In this document: piece by piece, positions 40,070 to 55,677 of the stretch
Layout: every line of letters begins with the position of its first letter
Numbering within the stretch: position 1 is the first letter of the stretch
DNA from: Octopus vulgaris
Lineage: Eukaryota
DNA: 64,000 nt
Reading direction: 5' to 3'
NCBI GenBank assembly: GCA_951406725.2
Contig: OX597815.1
Location: forward strand, 204,042,001-204,106,000
Position numbers and translations under genes: made by a program
Notes under the pieces: generated by a model
Told to the model about the DNA's origin: nothing
What the model saw: only the letters and a program-made list of their open reading frames with translations
The model's database searches: none

Positions 40070-40340
40070 GGCACAGGAGTGGCTGTGTGGTAAGTAGCTT
40101 GTTTACCAACCTCATGGTTCTGGGTTCAGTCCCACTGCGTGGCACCTTGGGCAAGTGTCTTCTACTATAGCCTCGGGCCGACCAAAGCCTTGTGAGTGGA
40201 TTTGGTAAACGGAAACTGAAAGACGCCCGTCGTATATATGTATATATATGTGTGTGTCTGTGTGTGTGCGTGTTTGTGTGTCTGTGTTTGTCCCCCTAGC
40301 ATTGCTTGACAACCGATGCTGGTGTGTTTATGTCCCCGTC
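40070..40340 (+). mobile_element. SINE family A, 3'-truncated
   Basis: Head and middle match; ends in (GATA)n. Confidence 0.85.
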
Positions 40341-43300
40341 AAAGATAGACAGGTAGATAGATAGATCGATAGATTGATCGATCGATAGATAGATAGATAG
40401 TTAGATAGATATCACGCTCTGTTGATCCAACAGAAGCGATAACTTACAGGACTCAATACAAGCGAAGATTATCCTTTAATATCTTATGACTAAAAAGATC
40501 CAATTTCCAATACTCAAAGTTACTGATTTCTGATTATCATGTGTTAAATGGAGTATGATTTGCCTTTGAAACAATCACAGTTTGATTTTTTTTTAAATAT
40601 GAAATGAAGGTTAGGAGTAAACGTTTATGTTTATGTTCTTTTGTTTAAAATACTTCGTGAGTGTCAGTGCAAAAACGGCTGCTGCAAGCTTACGCTTCTG
40701 GGCATGTAGTAAGATTGTCAACGTCTCAAACTTCATAGAAATGAGGTCATTCTAATAACTTTAGTAATGTTTTAAGTTAATTCTTTTAATGAATGTTTTT
40801 AAAAACAATGAATGTCTATGCGTATGCTTGTTTAGCACCCTCCTGTACAGATGTGTGTAAATATACACATGTGCATACACACCCATCTATACACAGAATT
40901 ATATGTGTATATGCATATATACGCAAACACACACCTGGAAACTGATCCACGTGTATCAAAACATATGTCAATAAAACATTTCGAAACCAAAGTGTTTTCT
41001 TTGTGAACCGGGATAAAATTCAAGAATGCACGTAATTACATAAAAGATGCGTTGCCGCGGGCATATAAGACACTAACAATTCATTTACGATTAAAACAGA
41101 ACAGAAAGCTCAGCCTGTCGAATGTTTTACAGGACAGGATGTTAAAAATGCAACTACATGGTCGAGGGAAAATAGCTTAGGCAAACTTTCCTCGAACTTA
41201 ATGCAACTAAAAGATCATTATTATTATATAATGCATCAAAAGATTGATAATCTAGACTATTAGTAGACAAAAGCTACTTTCAAAGCGTTTAAAATCCAAA
41301 AATACACAGGCAACGGAATAATCCCCTATAACATCAGCTGATAAACTTTTTGGATAATATAAATAATTCGGGTTTGAGTGGGTCTGGTCTTTAAAATGAA
41401 CTGGTTTCGATATGTTTTTTTTTTTAATTTTAAGGAATTATATTCCATTCAGTTGATAAGGCTAAGAATAATCAATATGTTGAGAAGTAATGAAATTATC
41501 GTGCTTTTGATTGAGACTATATACAATATGGCTAAGGGGAAATATGAATAAAGTATTAAGTATAAATAAATACGGTAGACGCACACATATGAAGTCAGCT
41601 GAAATTATCTAAGAAATTAAGTCATTAAATCTCCTTCTGGAGAGTTTAAATTCTAAAATAAAAAAACCAATAAGATTCAATAAGACCATTTGGTTAATTC
41701 TTATGAATGATATAGACAATGCAGAGTGGAGTGAAAGTAGTCTGTAAAGGAAAATGATGAAAGCAATGGACATGTTTTGAGTTTGGGCCAAAAAGTTTGA
41801 AGCAGGATTCAGCTGTCCAGTCCTTGGTTAGTTTTCCTTTCATCGACATTGAAAGAAGGAAAGATAAATTTTTTGTGGCCAGGATTTAAATTCTAACATA
41901 AATATATAAAACCAAAACCGCAACTTATTTAACCTGCAGCAGTATCTTTTACATACTCCCATTTCTCTTTGCACTTAGTAATGATATGTAACAGAGTCAC
42001 ACGCCATATAGTTGGGGCATATGGATCCAGTTACTTCACTAGTCCTCCTGTTATCAGTCCATGGAAGATGAAAGGTAAGGAAAAGCCGCAGTAGGAAATC
42101 TGAACTTATTTTGTGAAGGAAGATTACTATTTACCACAAAGTGTTTACTCCGAATCACTATTCTGAAAATACAATGCTCGTGTTGTATTAATTATTAAAA
42201 ATAAACGAACGTACAAAACAATTCACATTTACAGAAAGAGAACTAACGATTAAGTGGTACTTAATTCATCGAACTCTGTAATAGGAAAGATGTAGTCGGC
42301 TTTGGCGGGAATTGAAATCATATAATAAAGATAGGTAATTAAACTCTAGTGTCTGATATCTGAAACTGCACTGCACCAATTCTTCCAATTTTGAAAACTT
42401 ATCGACTTCGGTAGTTGAGTGATATTTATTCTATCGAAAAAAGAATGATGAATGGCAAAGGTATTTTCTGGGAGATTTGAACTGAAAATATAAAGAGCTT
42501 GAACAATTACTTCAAGGCATTTCGTCCGGCGCATGATCAATCCCGTCAACCTTATATTTTTTTGTAACGTACATGACAAACATAACAATTGATACTGTTT
42601 TAATTCAGTTTTACTTTGCATACGATAGAAATTGTTTTCAATTCAACACAACACAAAGTAACACCCTGAATAGTTTGAGTGTATATGTTTTTATTTATTG
42701 TTGAATATTTTGCTATATTTAATATAAACAAATATCGCAAATATTATCCTAGTTAATATGGTGAGTAAGCGATCTACAGACAGGAGGAGATGTATTCGTA
42801 AGTGGTGCTTAGCGAAACATATGATCGGTGTTCATTTTATACCCAGATGAATGTCAAGATAATGTCAAGAAACTAGGTTGATTAATGAGCTATTAATGAG
42901 ATGTAATTGAATCAAAAAATGTGTATCATAATTAGTAAATAGAGTGTTAACATACTTAATGCAATGAGAAAGAATAGTTGATTAACATTATACATGCATA
43001 TAGATGATGTATAATCTATTTTGATGATTAATTCAAGGTTTTATTATACCCACTAGTGAAGGTTAGTCTATTCATTACTGCCATACCTTAAAGTGTCTAT
43101 CGAGGACATATAACGAATGAACACTGAGTGGTGTAATAACTTCAAAGAATGAGTACTGGAAAATACCTAGAGATGCCTGCTGCTTGATATATGAAAGAAT
43201 GTTTTCTTTAAGAGTGTAAGTTGAAAAACATATGGCACTCAGTATAGTAAGGGTATTAAATATAAACTAAAGCAAATTTTTCGGTGGTGTTTGTGATAGT

Positions 43301-44506
43301 ATAATAATCTATATTCCCTTTAATACAGAACAGAGATACATTTCTTACAAGAAAAAAATACATTCATCTTAAACTAAAGAAAGCAGAACGAGTGAAGGTG
43401 TGTGTCTTGGAAAACTTCATTCCCTTAAATCTCTCACCTAATATTAGAAGGAGAAGAAAATATCAGGAACTGGTCTAAAAGCAGGGGTGTAGCGTTTATA
43501 GCTTAAATAACTAGAGAGTTTATTTTTTACCTATATATAAAGAAACAAAGGCTGTATGATATAATATAGAAGTTATTCAAAATGCAAATAAGAATGAAAA
43601 TGTCGTCTGGAATTGTATGAGAGGAACTAATGTCTATTGGAAATGCAATGCGTTTAAAATATTTTAGAGATCTGAAAACTGTACGAGATGTAACTAATTT
43701 AAAATGTCAATTATGTAATGATATATTACGAAAAAGAATTTCATTGCATTCTTCGGTATATCAAGTATATGGTTTAGCAAATGAGAAAAAGAATTCCATT
43801 TGGCATAAAAGTATTTGTAGACTTGAGAAAAAAGCATAAACCAAATATTATTCTATGATAACGTATTACTTTTCTGTAAGAGCTCAGAAATGTGCGTGTG
43901 TGCTGATGAAGCCTTTCTCTTTAAAAAAGATTAGCAATTAAATCCGTATACGTTTTAACCACAAAATCTGAAACCGAATGTTAAAGAGAGGCGGGGTAGA
44001 CATGAGACAAAACATACTAGTGGTTTGGCTTCTCAGTTCCCTTCAAATGGATATGATTTACTTTTGATGCAAATTGGAGAATCAATTTGTGAGTTACCTT
44101 TTGTACAACTCAAATTTCTATACAAGCTATAAATTTCACAGCTCTATTTGTTCCTAAATTGTTCAATCATAACTTGCATATATGCTTTGATCAAAAACTT
44201 CTAGAAATCCTTTACATAATAGAATAATTATATAGAGAACATCTCATTCCAGAGATTTAAGTAAGTTTTCTGACATTGAATTTTTTTTCCGGTTCGAAAT
44301 AATTTGTAGTTATCAAACACCATCGCTAGCTAAAACAGCTTCCATCTAACGTCTTTGTTTCTTTCATTAGATAAAATTTTATATTTCATACAGATTAGTT
44401 AAACTATATAACATAATTTTCATTTTATCTTTTATAATTATTTACGTAGATGTACTTGCATAACAAGTGACCTGATCTGAGATTGTGTGCTTAAACAAAA
44501 ACCATT

Positions 44507-44750
44507 GCAATGTGGAAGGTGTTTATAAGCCATTTAAACAGACGCAAAAACCGTTAGATTCACTTCAACATTTAAATTTAATTTGCCAAAATCTTTTCAT
44601 CGATTTGAAACCGCGACCTGTTGTTCACTGACAAAATTCCATGCTGCACGGAATTTTGTTACTGAACAACAGGTCGCGGTTTCAAAGCGACGAAAATACC
44701 TAACGGTTTTGTGTGTGTTTAAATGGCTTATAAACACCTCCGACGCTGCA
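44507..44750. mobile_element. PLE-like fold-back inverted repeat
   Basis: Arms pair around ~44645 (AATTCC atgctgcac GGAATT); right arm has a ~30 bp deletion; HHR-like motif in arms. Confidence 0.7.
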
Positions 44751-45018
44751 ATTGCTTTTAAAATTATATTTAGTAAAATATATTCACACATTGTAAACCT
44801 AGCTGGACCCTTATTTTTTCATATCTATTTCATATCTTCTTTTATACTTTTTAAAATTTTAGTATGATTTAAAGGAGTAAATCATGTATATTTTCCATGA
44901 TACATAATTGTTTCTTACTGATCAAGCTTTCTTACTTTTGCATCATAATTATTTAAATGTTTGCGTTCTTGTCCCATTTTTGTATTTTATATATATTATA
45001 TATAAATATATATATATA

Positions 45019-45192
45019 TTCCTCTGTCTTCCCTTCTCTGGATCTTTCCTTCTCCTATGTTTCCGACGAAGAGCTCCGCTCGAAACGTTAAACCCTCCTT
45101 TTTTCCTTCTTTCCTGAGCGTTCAATAATACTATATTTGTTCCGCGTCCTCGCGTTGTAGTGTTTTTTTGTGCTTTCATGTTTGGATTAACT
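45019..45192 (+). mobile_element. PLE-like HHR-bearing repeat in (TA)n
   Basis: Same family as 6440-6660. Confidence 0.7.
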
Positions 45193-45893
45193 ACGTATAT
45201 ATATATATATATTTATGTGTGGCGCCAGTGCTTGTGTATGTTGGCCTAAATAGTGTAATGTTGCGCGTCTATTTACATTATACGTACGGAACCCAGGTAG
45301 GTGATAGAGATCGATAAAATACATATTCGAAAGTAGTACATACAACTGTTGCTATGATCCTCTACAGCCGCGTAGGCGGTATACTTGATGGTCGCAGTTG
45401 AGAAACTATAAGCAATAAAAAGAAAGAATATTATGTTTTATGCTTTTTAATCTATTTTGTTCTATATATAAGTTTCGCAAAATGTATTATACGCTTCGTC
45501 TGCTATTTATAAAGTTATGGTTTCACGTCAGCATTAATGGGACAAACTTTCGGTCAATTAATGTCATCAGTACTTATAATTCATTGCGGGTATCATTAAC
45601 ACTCAGATATGAGAGTAGAAATCGAACTTACATATAAATCGATGGGGTTTTTCTTCCGAAAATACACAACGAAATAGTTTTCCCAAGTGAATACATATGT
45701 AGTTATGAAGATATTATCAAAATTATATGGTCACGGCTTTAATCCCAGGATGCAACTCTTCGGGATTCTTGTTTTATCATAGCTTTTGTTTAACGTATGT
45801 TATTCGAGGAGAATTTCTTTAATGGAATCTGTAATAAAGCACATTACACACACAAACGCACACACACATACACACACGCATACATACATATAC

Positions 45894-45930
<37 letters not shown>

Positions 45931-46337
45931 TAATCGAATAAGTTGGAGTCAACAAGAAGGAGTGGAGAAGAATATTTAGTTTTAATCACTACAATTGTTT
46001 TCCACGCAACGTAGTTCTCCAGGTTCGCAGATATTTGGTAATATAACCATTTCCCTGAATTATGAGATCTAGTTGTGTCTCCTTAAGTGACATCAAAACA
46101 CTATTTTCGTAAACTCAAATGCTTGGCCGCAACCACAGCCCACTTTTTGAAACACTGATTGCTTACTACTATCTCGCAAGCCACGACGGACAGAAAGGAT
46201 GCCCTTGAAGCCGAGAATTTGAGCTTACGGAGAAAATCATTATATATCACCTGGGGAATCACAACCAAATCTCATAATGCAGGGAAACGGTTACATAACC
46301 AAATACCTTAGGAATGAAAACCTAGGTTTGAAATTCC

Positions 46338-46373
46338 CTGATGAAGGCTGGAGAGTACATCAGCCGAAACGCT
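46338..46373 (+). ncRNA. Partial hammerhead motif
   Basis: CTGATGA a ggctg-(10 nt)-cagcc GAAA cg; stem I and cleavage site not intact. Confidence 0.45.
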
Positions 46374-46739
46374 GTGTTAACGACAAAGAAGATGAGGACA
46401 AAAACCCGTCAAATGTAACTAATGTAAACCATTCAATATTTTATGATAAATTATCCTTAAAGTAACTGTGCTTGCAGTCGCTATATGATCTTTTAATAGC
46501 TGTTGTTGCTTATCCCGATGTTAGTCATGATCAAAAGGGTTCCAACCTTAGCCATTCCGTCTTACTACAAAATAGATTGTCTTCTACGTTTTACAAAGAC
46601 AGTAGAGTGTAATTTTAGGGCAGTTTGGCTGCTATTTCTTGAAGATAGAGTAAACTATGTAGAGTTCCCCGTAGAAATGTGGAAGTATGGAAAAATCAAT
46701 TGTAATTCAATAAAACATTACTATAACAAGGAAATTATT

Positions 46740-46950
46740 TGTTTCAAATTTTGCCACAAGGCCAGCAATTTTGAGAATGGGGTTTAGTCGATTTCATCGA
46801 ACCAGTGCTCAGCTGGTATTTATTTTATCGAGCCAGAAAGGATGAAAGGCAAACTAGACCTAGGTGGAATTTGAACTCAGACTGTAAAGACGGACGATAT
46901 GCCTTTAAGCATTTTTCCCGGCATGCTAGCAATTCTGCCGGCTTGCTGTC
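46740..46950 (-). mobile_element. Old SINE family B-related copy
   Basis: Degenerate core match. Confidence 0.7.
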
Positions 46951-47719
46951 CTATAATCAGAAATGATAACATGTTTATCACTCATATATTATGCAGGATT
47001 GAATAAGACATATAGCATAGGGTTTTTACTCTTAATAAATAATAAATAGGTAATAAAAATAGCTACCATCTTTGATTGATGTTTTCTCCACTTCGGTATT
47101 TAATAATTTACTTCGTAACCTTCTAATGCTCCTTACTCCGGGATAACAATTATCCAGGAAATACTTTCATCACTCGTAAATATTAGTTGCAGTGCATCTA
47201 CGAACTAAGTACAATCATCACAACTAATTATTTTACAAAAACTAAATGTTCTAAGAAACATTTGACTGCTTGAAAATTATTAATTTTCTCAGTTGATCAA
47301 TTCGCTTAGAATACTATAGTTAACAATGGAAAATGTGATTACTTTAATAGTAATTATCTGTAACTCTAATTTCGATTATTGGCGAAACTAATTTTGAAAC
47401 TTGAGATAAGAACGATTTCGATTATGACTTTTATCTTAAATATTATGTGAATTTGTATTGAAGATAATAGACATTAATGAATGCCATTTACAAATTGAAG
47501 TCTGTATTTTATTCATCCATGAAAATTACACTAAGTTTATTAAGAATCCCTGCATTTCTGAAATATAAGTGCAGACACTATTTCGGTTTCAGAAAGGAAA
47601 GTTACCAAATATTTTCCAGTTAGAGACTATTTTTATTGATTAATGGAAATATGGCGTCTAATACTTCAAAACAGAGCGTTATAAACAAATGCTCTTACAT
47701 GCATGGCTATATACATAGT

Positions 47720-49200
<1,481 letters not shown>

Positions 49201-49631
49201 CGCGCGTATGTGTTTGTGTGTGGATGTGTGCATGTCTGTGTATGTGCATGTCTTTGCGAGCGCGTATGTAATGGAAGTTCTTGCTAATATTTATAGTTTG
49301 AGGCAAAGCAATATTGTTACAAAAGCCGACAACCATATACATGTTTTTGAACGCCTTCACACTGTTCAGTGCACCGGAAGCAACATACGATATTTCAGGA
49401 AGTTATGTGGCAGCAATGATACGAAATATAAGAAGTAAAAATATAGGAAAAATAGAGTGTCACAAGAAATGCGGACTTTTAAATGAAAATAAATTAACTC
49501 GTACTTAAAATAGCTATTCATTACCTTCAGTGAATGACTAAGTTCATGCAGAAACGTTATAATCATACGAGTTAAAGCACACACCTTAAAAAAACAAAGA
49601 AATAAACAAACAAATCGACTGAAAATTAGTT

Positions 49632-50050
49632 TCCAATTCTGGCACAAGGTTAGCAATTTTGGGGGAGGGGGTTACGTCGATTACATCAACCCCTGTGCTC
49701 AACTGGTACTTATTTTATCGACCCCGAAAAGAGGTATGGTGAAGTCGGCCTCAGCGGAACTTGAACTCAGACCATAAAGATGGAGGAAATGCCGGCGTGC
49801 TAACAATTGTGCCTACTCGCCACCATCGAACAATAAATCGCCTTCCCGAGTTATATAACTCATAAGGCTGGTTTCCTGATCTCTGTATCGCATATATTCA
49901 CCCACCACTGGGTGGGAGGCAAATCCGTCGCATGATTGCCCATTTTCGCCAGCTGAATGAACTGGAGCAACGTGAAATGAAGTATTTTGGTCAAGAACAC
50001 TACGCATCGTCCGGTTCAGGAATCGAAACTACAATCTTACGATCATGAGT
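49632..50050 (-). mobile_element. SINE B-related copy (49632-49822) and SINE D-related copy (~49830-50050)
   Basis: Second part is a degenerate reverse complement of 63546-63785. Confidence 0.65.
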
Positions 50051-50052
50051 TT

Positions 50053-50700
50053 GTTTCTGCAGTAATGGTTTTTTCCGGGTTTTAAGAAGTTATAGTGGAT
50101 GAGTCCAGCAGTACACCACCAAACAGTCACCATAACCCTCTTTTTAAATATCTCGGGTTTAGGGAAGGTTTCCGGTGCTTTATTTTGGTTCAACTATTGC
50201 GAAGAACGTTTTTTTACTATTGTACAGAATTCACTTTTCACTGCAAGTTGCAACATGGTCGAGAAATGGATCGGTCAGCTTAACAAGAAGAAGCGACGAG
50301 CAAATTTCATATCTGCGCAGTTTCTGATTTCCATTCAAATCGTGTGGTACCCGTTTGTCGAGCTTATTTGATTTTCTGATCGCATGCAAATCGTTGCAGG
50401 TAGTATTCTAGCGAACTTGAAATCCTTTTGCCATTTCGCGAGTGGTTTTACGTGGATCTTTCTCAATCGCGGTCTTTAATTGACCATCATTGATGACAGA
50501 TGGGCGTCCAATACGCCCACGATCTTCAAGGCTCAGGTCTCCTCTGCGAAATCTTTTAAACCATTTTCAAGCTGACCACACACTGGTCATTTCCTCACCA
50601 AACGTTTCATTGATATCGAAAGCAGTTTCAGCTGCTTTACGTCCTTTTTTGAAGTTGAATAGCAAAAATGCTCGAATACCGCGCTTTGACAGTTCAATTT
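50053..50700 (-). pseudogene. Decayed mariner transposase, N-terminal half
   Basis: Minus reads ELSKRGIRAFLLFNFKKGRKAAETAFDINETFG...KWFKRFRRGDLSLEDRGRIGRP and later YNFLKPGKTITAE. Confidence 0.85.
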
Positions 50701-51180
50701 CAAATGATTGCAACAACGGTGAAAAATATCAATGTTAATTTATTGATGCATTTGGGCAAGTCTGTGTCTGTATTATCAGACAATTGCAAAGCAAATGTTT
50801 AAGAAAAATTCAAAACTCTTCAAAAATCCGGTACAGATTCTTCATGGTTCAAAATGCTACCTACTTTGTACTCAGCCGTTCAGCTCATTAGAATTAGCAC
50901 CTATACCTCACTTAAATCATACTTTACAGTCACAAGTAAAGTAAAATATATTAGATAATACCAACCTGGCTACATCGCCAAAAATGAAACTTTATCGTTC
51001 GGATGCGTTTGATTATAGATTTGTTCCATCATCAACATTGAAACTGTGTCATTCATCAGTCTCAGATCGATAAAATAAGTATTCTTCATTGACTGGATGT
51101 GTATTCTCGATATAATTCACTACTCTTTCACACTACTCGTTTGTGAAAAACAAAAGCAATTTTTTGGTTATATACATATA

Positions 51181-51350
51181 GGCGCAGGAGTGACTGTGTG
51201 GTAAGTAGCTTGCTAACCAAGCACATGGTTCCGGGTTCAGTCCCACTGCGTGGCATCTTGGGCAAGTGTCTTCTGCTATAGCCTTGGGCCGACCAATGCC
51301 TTGTGAGTGGATTTGGTAGACGGAAACTGAAAGAAGCCTGTCGTATATAT

Positions 51351-51429
<79 letters not shown>

Positions 51430-51630
51430 TTTGTGTGTCCCCCTAGCATTGCTTGACAACCGATGCTGGTGTGTTTACGTCCCCGTCACTTAGCTGCTCA
51501 GCAAAAAGAGACCGATAGAATAAGTACTGGGCTTACAAAGAATAAGTCCCGGGGTCGATTTGCTCGACTAAAGGCGGTGCTCCAGCATGGCCGCAGTCAA
51601 CTGACTAAAACAAGTAAAAGAGTAAAGAGT
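51181..51630 (+). mobile_element. SINE family A, full length
   Basis: Matches 1170-1597. Confidence 0.88.
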
Positions 51631-52020
51631 ATATGAGACAGAAATTCTTACGATTAAATATTCCTTCCTACTATAGGCACAAGGCCTGAGTTTTGATGGA
51701 GTGTTAGTCGAGTACATCGACCTCAGTACTCAACTGATACTTATTTTATCGACCTCCGTAAAGATGAAAAGTAAAGACGACGTCGGCGGAATTTGAACTC
51801 AGCACGGAAAGACATACGCATCCTGTCCGGCGCGTAAATGGTTCTGCCTGTTCGCCGCTTTCTTACGAGTAAATAATAGAAATTATTCCTAGATAATAAG
51901 CTACCATTTAAACTGAAATGCTAGTAGTTTCTGAGAACAAGGCAAACCTATAGACAGCTAATTTCTGAAGCTAAAGCGGGTAATGCCCTAAAGAAGAGCG
52001 TTACTGCTACACAATATATC

Positions 52021-52188
52021 CAGTACCGTCCCAGTTTTTAGACATCGTGAGCAGTTGTCCGCGGATCCCACGGCTCTACGGTCTCAATTTTTAACCTGTG
52101 TATACAGTGACTTGCTGTCAAGAAAAAATGTAGGGCCCACAATGCTCTACTTTGCCCGAGGACCTACATTGCAGTTAAGACGGTTCTA
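52021..52188. mobile_element. Possible decayed hAT-type MITE
   Basis: Imperfect TIRs CAGTACCGTC / GACGGTTCTA; no clear TSD. Confidence 0.3.
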
Positions 52189-53298
52189 ATTCTATCCCTT
52201 CTGGTCTCCCTAAAATATAGGACCTTTTTGTATTTAAGCAAAAATAAAAGCAAATTCTAAAATTTTTACTAAATGCAGGACTAAAATTTTCCGAGTGTTT
52301 CACACAGTTGATTTAGCTCAGTTCACTATTGGTGTTTTTTTTATATATATAAATTGATCTTCGATGGCTCATAGGAGAGGAAATCAACGAAGAGAGACCA
52401 TTTTTGGAGATATATATTGAATGTGAAAAATCGAATTTTTGTATGTATAGAAGTGCAAAATTCTGTAAAGACAAATCACTTGACCTCACTTAAGCCGTAA
52501 AATCGAGTAGGACTATAATTAGTATTCTGGCCGTAACTATCCCGTTAAATATTTTGCCCAATTGACTATCCCTTTTTCTGATCTGACTGCTATTTGTCCT
52601 AGATCAAGCGACTGCAAAGTTTCCTTTGCTATCCCTAGAGGCACTATCTCGGGAAGTTTCGTTTCTTCCGTCTGTCAAAAATGCTAAAATTATATTAAAA
52701 ATGTTTCAAATAAAAAGAAATTAAGAATATTCTTCCATCTGCATGTTTTAGGATATTGGAGCTAATGGCTGAAGCACTTGTGTTTGCAGGTGTCGCTCTG
52801 CTTCCAGATGTTGTTTGCGATAACATTCAACACTTGGATTTTGTGACCGAAGGAAACTAAAATAATACACACGCAAATATGCACACTCATGCACGCATGC
52901 GCACGCACACATGAACGCACACGCGTGAGCGTGCGCTCTCTCACACACATACGCACACACATACAACACACACACACACATACATACATATATGACTAAA
53001 TGGAAAAAATATGTTTGCAACATAATTAATCTGACACTTGAGCTTCTCTGCCAGCTCACCGTACTTCCAGTGTTATAATAATAATATTGACTCAGCTGCC
53101 ACTAGAATAGTGATGAATAGTGGCAAACGGTTGGCGAGTTGTGTTTGCAATACAGGTTCGATTTCTTGATGAATTCATAATGGCTCCAGTTTTCGATGTT
53201 GCAACTTAACTTCAGTGCCAGATGGACGAGGTCTCTTGAATTTGCTATGACTATATAGAATTTGGAGAATATGTAAGAAACTGGTATGTTATATATAA

Positions 53299-53530
53299 GG
53301 CGGCGAGCCGGCAGAAACGTTAGCACGTCGGGCAAAATGCTTAGTGGTATTTCGTCTGCCGCTACGTTCTGAGTTCAAATTCCGCCGAGGTCGACTTTGC
53401 CTTTCATCCTTTCGGGGTCGATTAAATTAAGTACCAGTTACGCACTGGGGTCGATATAATCGACTTAATCCGTTTGTCTGTCCTTGTTTGTCCCGTCTGT
53501 GTTCAACCCCTTGTGGCTAGTAAAGAAATA
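53299..53530 (+). mobile_element. SINE family B, young full-length copy
   Basis: GGCGGCGAGCCGGCAGAAACG...TAAAGAAATA; flanked by direct repeat GGTATGTTATATATAA. Confidence 0.9.
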
Positions 53531-53840
53531 GGTATGTTATATATAAGTGTGTTGTATTAAAAGGGTATGTTGTTATTGTCCCTTAGCCCCAAGTCAACAC
53601 TGATCGTGTTGACCTGCGGGCAAAGACATTCCTTTCCTGACTATCCTATCGTTTTAGCTGTATTTTGAAATACATTATCTACTGTGTCCTTCCCCTTTTT
53701 AAGATGATGGGGTGTGACTTGAAGTGGGTTTTGCTGCTATTTCTACGAAACAGAGTGACTAGATTGAGGCTATCTCACTATACACTACCTGTGATTCTAG
53801 GCTGTGACCAAATTTATATATATATTGATTACGTCTATTG

Positions 53841-54151
53841 AAGCCCAGTACTTATTCTATCGGTCTCTTTTGCCGAACCGCTAAGTGACGGGGACGTAAA
53901 CACACCAGCATCAGTTGTCAAGCAATGCTAGGGGGACAAACTCACACACACACACATACACACACATATATATATATATACATATATACGACAGGCTTCT
54001 TTCAGTTTCTGTCTACCAAATCCACTCACAAGGCATTGGTCGGCCCGGGGCTATAGCAGAAGACACTTGCCCAAGATGCCACGCAGTGGGACTGAACCCG
54101 GAACCATGTGGTTGGTTAGCAAGCTACTTACCACACAGCCACTCCTGCGTC
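53841..54151 (-). mobile_element. SINE family A, tail missing
   Basis: Reverse complement of family A. Confidence 0.85.
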
Positions 54152-54177
54152 TATTGACTAATTCCTAATATATTAAT

Positions 54178-54890
54178 GGAGCCAAGTCCAGAAGCCTATA
54201 TCAATTGATTCAAGTGTTATAAGCATTTTTGCGGGGGTGGGGGGCATGTTCTTGATGTTCAAATCCAGCAATACTTTTTCAATCCCGGCAGGATCCGTTG
54301 CGATAGTATCTGTTATTGGCTTGCCTTGTTTTAAGACTGTCTCAGCACATTTGACATAACTGATCATCACTTCTACTTACCACAATCTAGCTAACGAGCC
54401 AGCTTCCACATGGTTGCTTGCACTGCAAGAAATGACAACCAACTACCCTCATGTTCTTATAGGCTGTTCTATAAACAGGAACGGCATATATAATGTAGTT
54501 TTCTGATACACTATAACTGAAAAATGAAACAGTAAGAGCCGGGAAGCATTTCGTTATAGATATGCCCCAGCAGGCAGACTTAAAGCTAAGCTGGTACAAC
54601 TTAATCACAATCTATATTATCATGTAAATATCCGAAATCAATTCGCCCAAGCTAAACTCCTCCAGTTTACATCATTCGGTATCCCGCTTCATGTTCATAG
54701 TCATCTTTTAATCAATCAAGTGAGTAAACTTGAAGAATATCGCTTAGAAAATTAGAGATGGAATCTATTTCCCATGGTCTTTGAAGCTTTTTGCGGACAG
54801 TTGGGACAAAGAAAGCTAAAGTTAGTCCTCAGTATTAGTAGTTCGGTACTCGTAAACAATACGTGTGGTCAGGGAATTCCAATGGATCGC
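54178..54890 (+). pseudogene. Possible heavily decayed CRE-like (RLE) retrotransposon C-terminus
   Basis: Fragments WSQVQKPI, ASTWLLAL, LFPMVFEAF in the order expected for CRE ORFs; many stops. Confidence 0.35.
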
Positions 54891-55391
54891 TATGCTAAGA
54901 AGTAAGGACTGTAGGAAATATGGGAGATGAAACTATGTAACAGTGATGAAAGAATAAAAGGTGGGTGAGAGGAGCGTGCACAAGTGGAGAAGGTAAACCG
55001 AAAGAGCTAAAGAATATTCTGAACATTAACAAGGATACTAGCTTTTCTAATGCCGTTTCGTTACTATCAAATATATTTCTCTTTTAGAGGATCTCAGAAC
55101 GAGACTGATGAAAATAACACTGCTATTCTCACAACAAACAGTCAAATATTAATATGGAGTGTCAAAGGCTTATCAATTTGATGACGTGTATACGGTCTCA
55201 AAGGAATATTAGCATTACATTTTAATCTTTAATAATAAAAAGAATTGTTTCTGATATAGATAGAAAGACAGGAATTTTGGCGATAGTATAATAGTAGTCT
55301 TCGAAAGGTTAAAAGAAAAAGACGATCATGACGGAATTTGAACTCAGAGCGTAAACTTTCAGAAGAATTACCACTAGGCATTGTATTTGAC

Positions 55392-55677
55392 ATAATAGAA
55401 ATATTAAAATTACTAAGTCTCTATAAAAGAGATTACGGCAGCCTTTACTGGAAATTAATTGTTATCGCCATATTAATATGGCATTCTTATAGATATAAGA
55501 ATAATCGCTGCCGCTGGTCAGCTCCATGAGGCCACCGCCATCAAGATAGCTATTGATACACGATCTGTATCCATTATAAGCTATCTTGATGGCGGTGGCC
55601 TCATGGAGCTGACCAGCGGCAGCGATTATTCTTATATCTATAACAATGCCATATTAATATGGCGATAACAATTAATT
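55392..55677. mobile_element. Fold-back element with 99-bp arms and 12-bp TSD
   Basis: 55453-55551 and 55579-55677 are reverse complements (1 mismatch seen); ATTGTATTTGAC at 55380-55391 and 55675-55686. Confidence 0.8.

Noticed and set aside
52754-52860. Possible terminal exon ILELMAEALVFAGVALLPDVVC...
   Set aside because: Only ~35 codons, no recognisable homology or partner exon.
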